64,000 bases of DNA. It comes from an uncultured Chloroflexia bacterium (GTDB taxonomy: Bacteria > Chloroflexota > Limnocylindria > Limnocylindrales > CSP1-4). The stretch covers positions 141,988-205,987 of the forward strand of contig CAVUGM010000004.1 of assembly GCA_963741085.1 (NCBI GenBank), in the 5' to 3' direction. Position numbers and translations under genes: made by a program. Under the pieces are notes generated by a model that was given only the letters and a program-made list of their open reading frames with translations, did no database searches and was not told the origin of the DNA. Below are positions 62,698 to 64,000 of this stretch, in pieces (positions within the stretch are counted from its first letter, which is position 1; each line of letters starts with the position of its first letter).

Positions 62698-63330
62698 ATG
62701 ACGACCGCGAAACCGTCGCCGGACGACCTCAAGAAACTGGCGCCCGACGACCTCAAGAAGGCGTCCGCCGATGACGACGTCGAGGGTCACCTCAAGAAAC
62801 TGGCTCCCGACGACCTCAAGAAGCTGGCGCCCGACGACCTCAAGAAGGCGTCCGCCGATGACGACGTCGAGGGCCACCTCAAGAGAACTGGCCCCGACGA
62901 CCTCAAGAAGGCGTCCGCCGATGACGACGTCGAGGGCCACCTCAAGAAACTGGCCCCCGACGACCTCAAGAAGCTGGCGCCCGACGACCTCAAGAAGGCG
63001 TCCGCCGATGACGACGTCGAGGGCCACCTCAAGAAACTGGCTCCCGACGACCTCAAGAAGCTGGCGCCCGACGACCTCAAGAAGGCGTCCGCCGATGACG
63101 ACGTCGAGGGCCACCTCAAGAAACTGGCTCCCGACGACCTCAAGAAGCTGTCGCCCGACGACCTCAAGAAGGCGTCCGCCGATGACGACGTCGAGGGCCA
63201 CAACTTCGGCACCCTGAGCCCGATCCTCGCCCGCGACCTCATGCGGTCAAAGGAGCGCGACATCGAGCGCGCGGCGTCCAGGAACAACCTGATCAACGAG
63301 GCGAAGAAGGGGACAACCCGCAAGGCGTGA
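62698..63330 (+). CDS. Nested tandem-repeat protein with six DDDVEGH motifs
   Basis: RBS ggagg; units LKKLAPDD-LKKLAPDD-LKKASADDDVEGH; synonymous third-position differences between copies; unique 42-aa C-terminus. Confidence 0.8.
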   Translation: MTTAKPSPDDLKKLAPDDLKKASADDDVEGHLKKLAPDDLKKLAPDDLKKASADDDVEGHLKRTGPDDLKKASADDDVEGHLKKLAPDDLKKLAPDDLKKASADDDVEGHLKKLAPDDLKKLAPDDLKKASADDDVEGHLKKLAPDDLKKLSPDDLKKASADDDVEGHNFGTLSPILARDLMRSKERDIERAASRNNLINEAKKGTTRKA

Positions 63331-63363
63331 TCCCACATCCTCCGGGGTCGAACGCGCACCGGG

Positions 63364-63393
63364 CGTGAGGGCGGGCGGGGGCCCGCCCTCACG
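63364..63393 (+). terminator. Hairpin after the repeat-protein gene
   Basis: Perfect 13-bp stem cgtgagggcgggc / gcccgccctcacg, 4-nt loop. Confidence 0.7.
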
Positions 63394-63480
63394 GCGTTCT
63401 CGGCGATTCCGTTGTCACCGCGTCGGCCGCCCCGTAGCATTCAGCTGTCGTGGCGCCGGCCTGATCGCGGGAGGAAGAGT

Positions 63481-64000
63481 GTGGCGGCGGAGATGCGGGT
63501 GAATGCCGGAGAGGCGCTGCGTCGGTGCGCCCTCTTCTCGCGCGTCGACGACCCGACGTTGGGGCGCTGCATCGACTCGCTGCGCAGCCGGCGCTATCGA
63601 CGCAACGAGACGATCTTCCATCAGGGTGACCCCGGGGACTCGCTCTACGTGATCCAGGCCGGCGCGGTGAAGATCGTCCTGCCTGACCCCGAGGGCGAGG
63701 AGGGGGCCATCATCGCCACCCTCGGCGCCGGAGACTTCTTCGGCGAGCTCGCGCTGCTCGATGGCGAGCCGCACTCCGCGACCGCGATCGCCCTCGAGGC
63801 GACCGAGGCCCTGGTCCTGCACCGCGACGCGTTCGATCGCCTCGTGGACGAGGATCCGAGCCTCCGCCGTGCACTCTTCGCCGGCCTCGTCGGCGAGCTG
63901 CGTCGGTTGACCCATCATGTCGGGGAGCTGCACTTCCTCAACCTGCCGGGACGCCTTGCCCGCCAGATCGTGCGGATGGCCCGCGAGGCCGACCCGTCCG
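63481..64000 (+). CDS. Crp/Fnr family regulator, cyclic-nucleotide-binding domain (3' end outside window)
   Basis: Manual translation: IFHQGDPGDSLYVIQAGAVKI..GDFFGELALLDGEPHSAT..LPGRLA; RBS ggagga. Confidence 0.9.
   Translation, partial: MAAEMRVNAGEALRRCALFSRVDDPTLGRCIDSLRSRRYRRNETIFHQGDPGDSLYVIQAGAVKIVLPDPEGEEGAIIATLGAGDFFGELALLDGEPHSATAIALEATEALVLHRDAFDRLVDEDPSLRRALFAGLVGELRRLTHHVGELHFLNLPGRLARQIVRMAREADPS

Noticed and set aside
62880-62900. Variant core LKRTGPDD as a diversified peptide
   Set aside because: Explained by a +1/-1 indel pair relative to LKKLAPDD; likely sequencing error
62698-63200. CRISPR array
   Set aside because: Repeats are contiguous multiples of 3 with no unique spacers, lie in an ORF with synonymous variation, and no cas genes are present
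62605-63440. Antisense repeat ORFs (LLEVVG.. and SSSADAFLR..)
   Set aside because: Mirror frames of the plus-strand repeat gene, which has the RBS and terminator

Overview
Very GC-rich bacterial chromosomal window with no integrase, transposase, CRISPR array or rRNA. Gene content suggests Chloroflexota, possibly a Limnocylindria/Ellin6529-type lineage; this is inference. About a third of the genes carry single-base frameshifts, as expected for an unpolished long-read assembly. Main blocks in order: (1) end of a Rieske/cytochrome b operon (4Fe-4S protein, split b6-type cytochrome b plus subunit IV, Rieske, cytochrome c-cupredoxin fusion, Kelch membrane protein); (2) tRNA-Lys, a zinc-ribbon/class III cyclase/ATPase/TPR protein and an EXLDI-ABC exporter module; (3) cold-shock gene and a GT4/GH130 cluster; (4) a sugar-phosphate (SPU-type) microcompartment locus followed by a Kelch-serpin lipoprotein and cdd-PNP-deoA; (5) tRNA-fMet, a multi-YbaY surface protein and an A2-type cytochrome c oxidase operon with two nearly identical extra cupredoxin domains; (6) housekeeping genes (proC, ProDH, korAB, peptidases); (7) an orphan nested-repeat protein with six DDDVEGH motifs beside a Crp-family regulator. 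Most notable: the DDDVEGH repeat protein, three tethered blue-copper domains on both respiratory complexes, an S9 peptidase with four AT-hook-like motifs, an 84-bp inversion inside a rhodanese gene, and an ATGA-bounded palindromic mini-ORF inside the bc operon.
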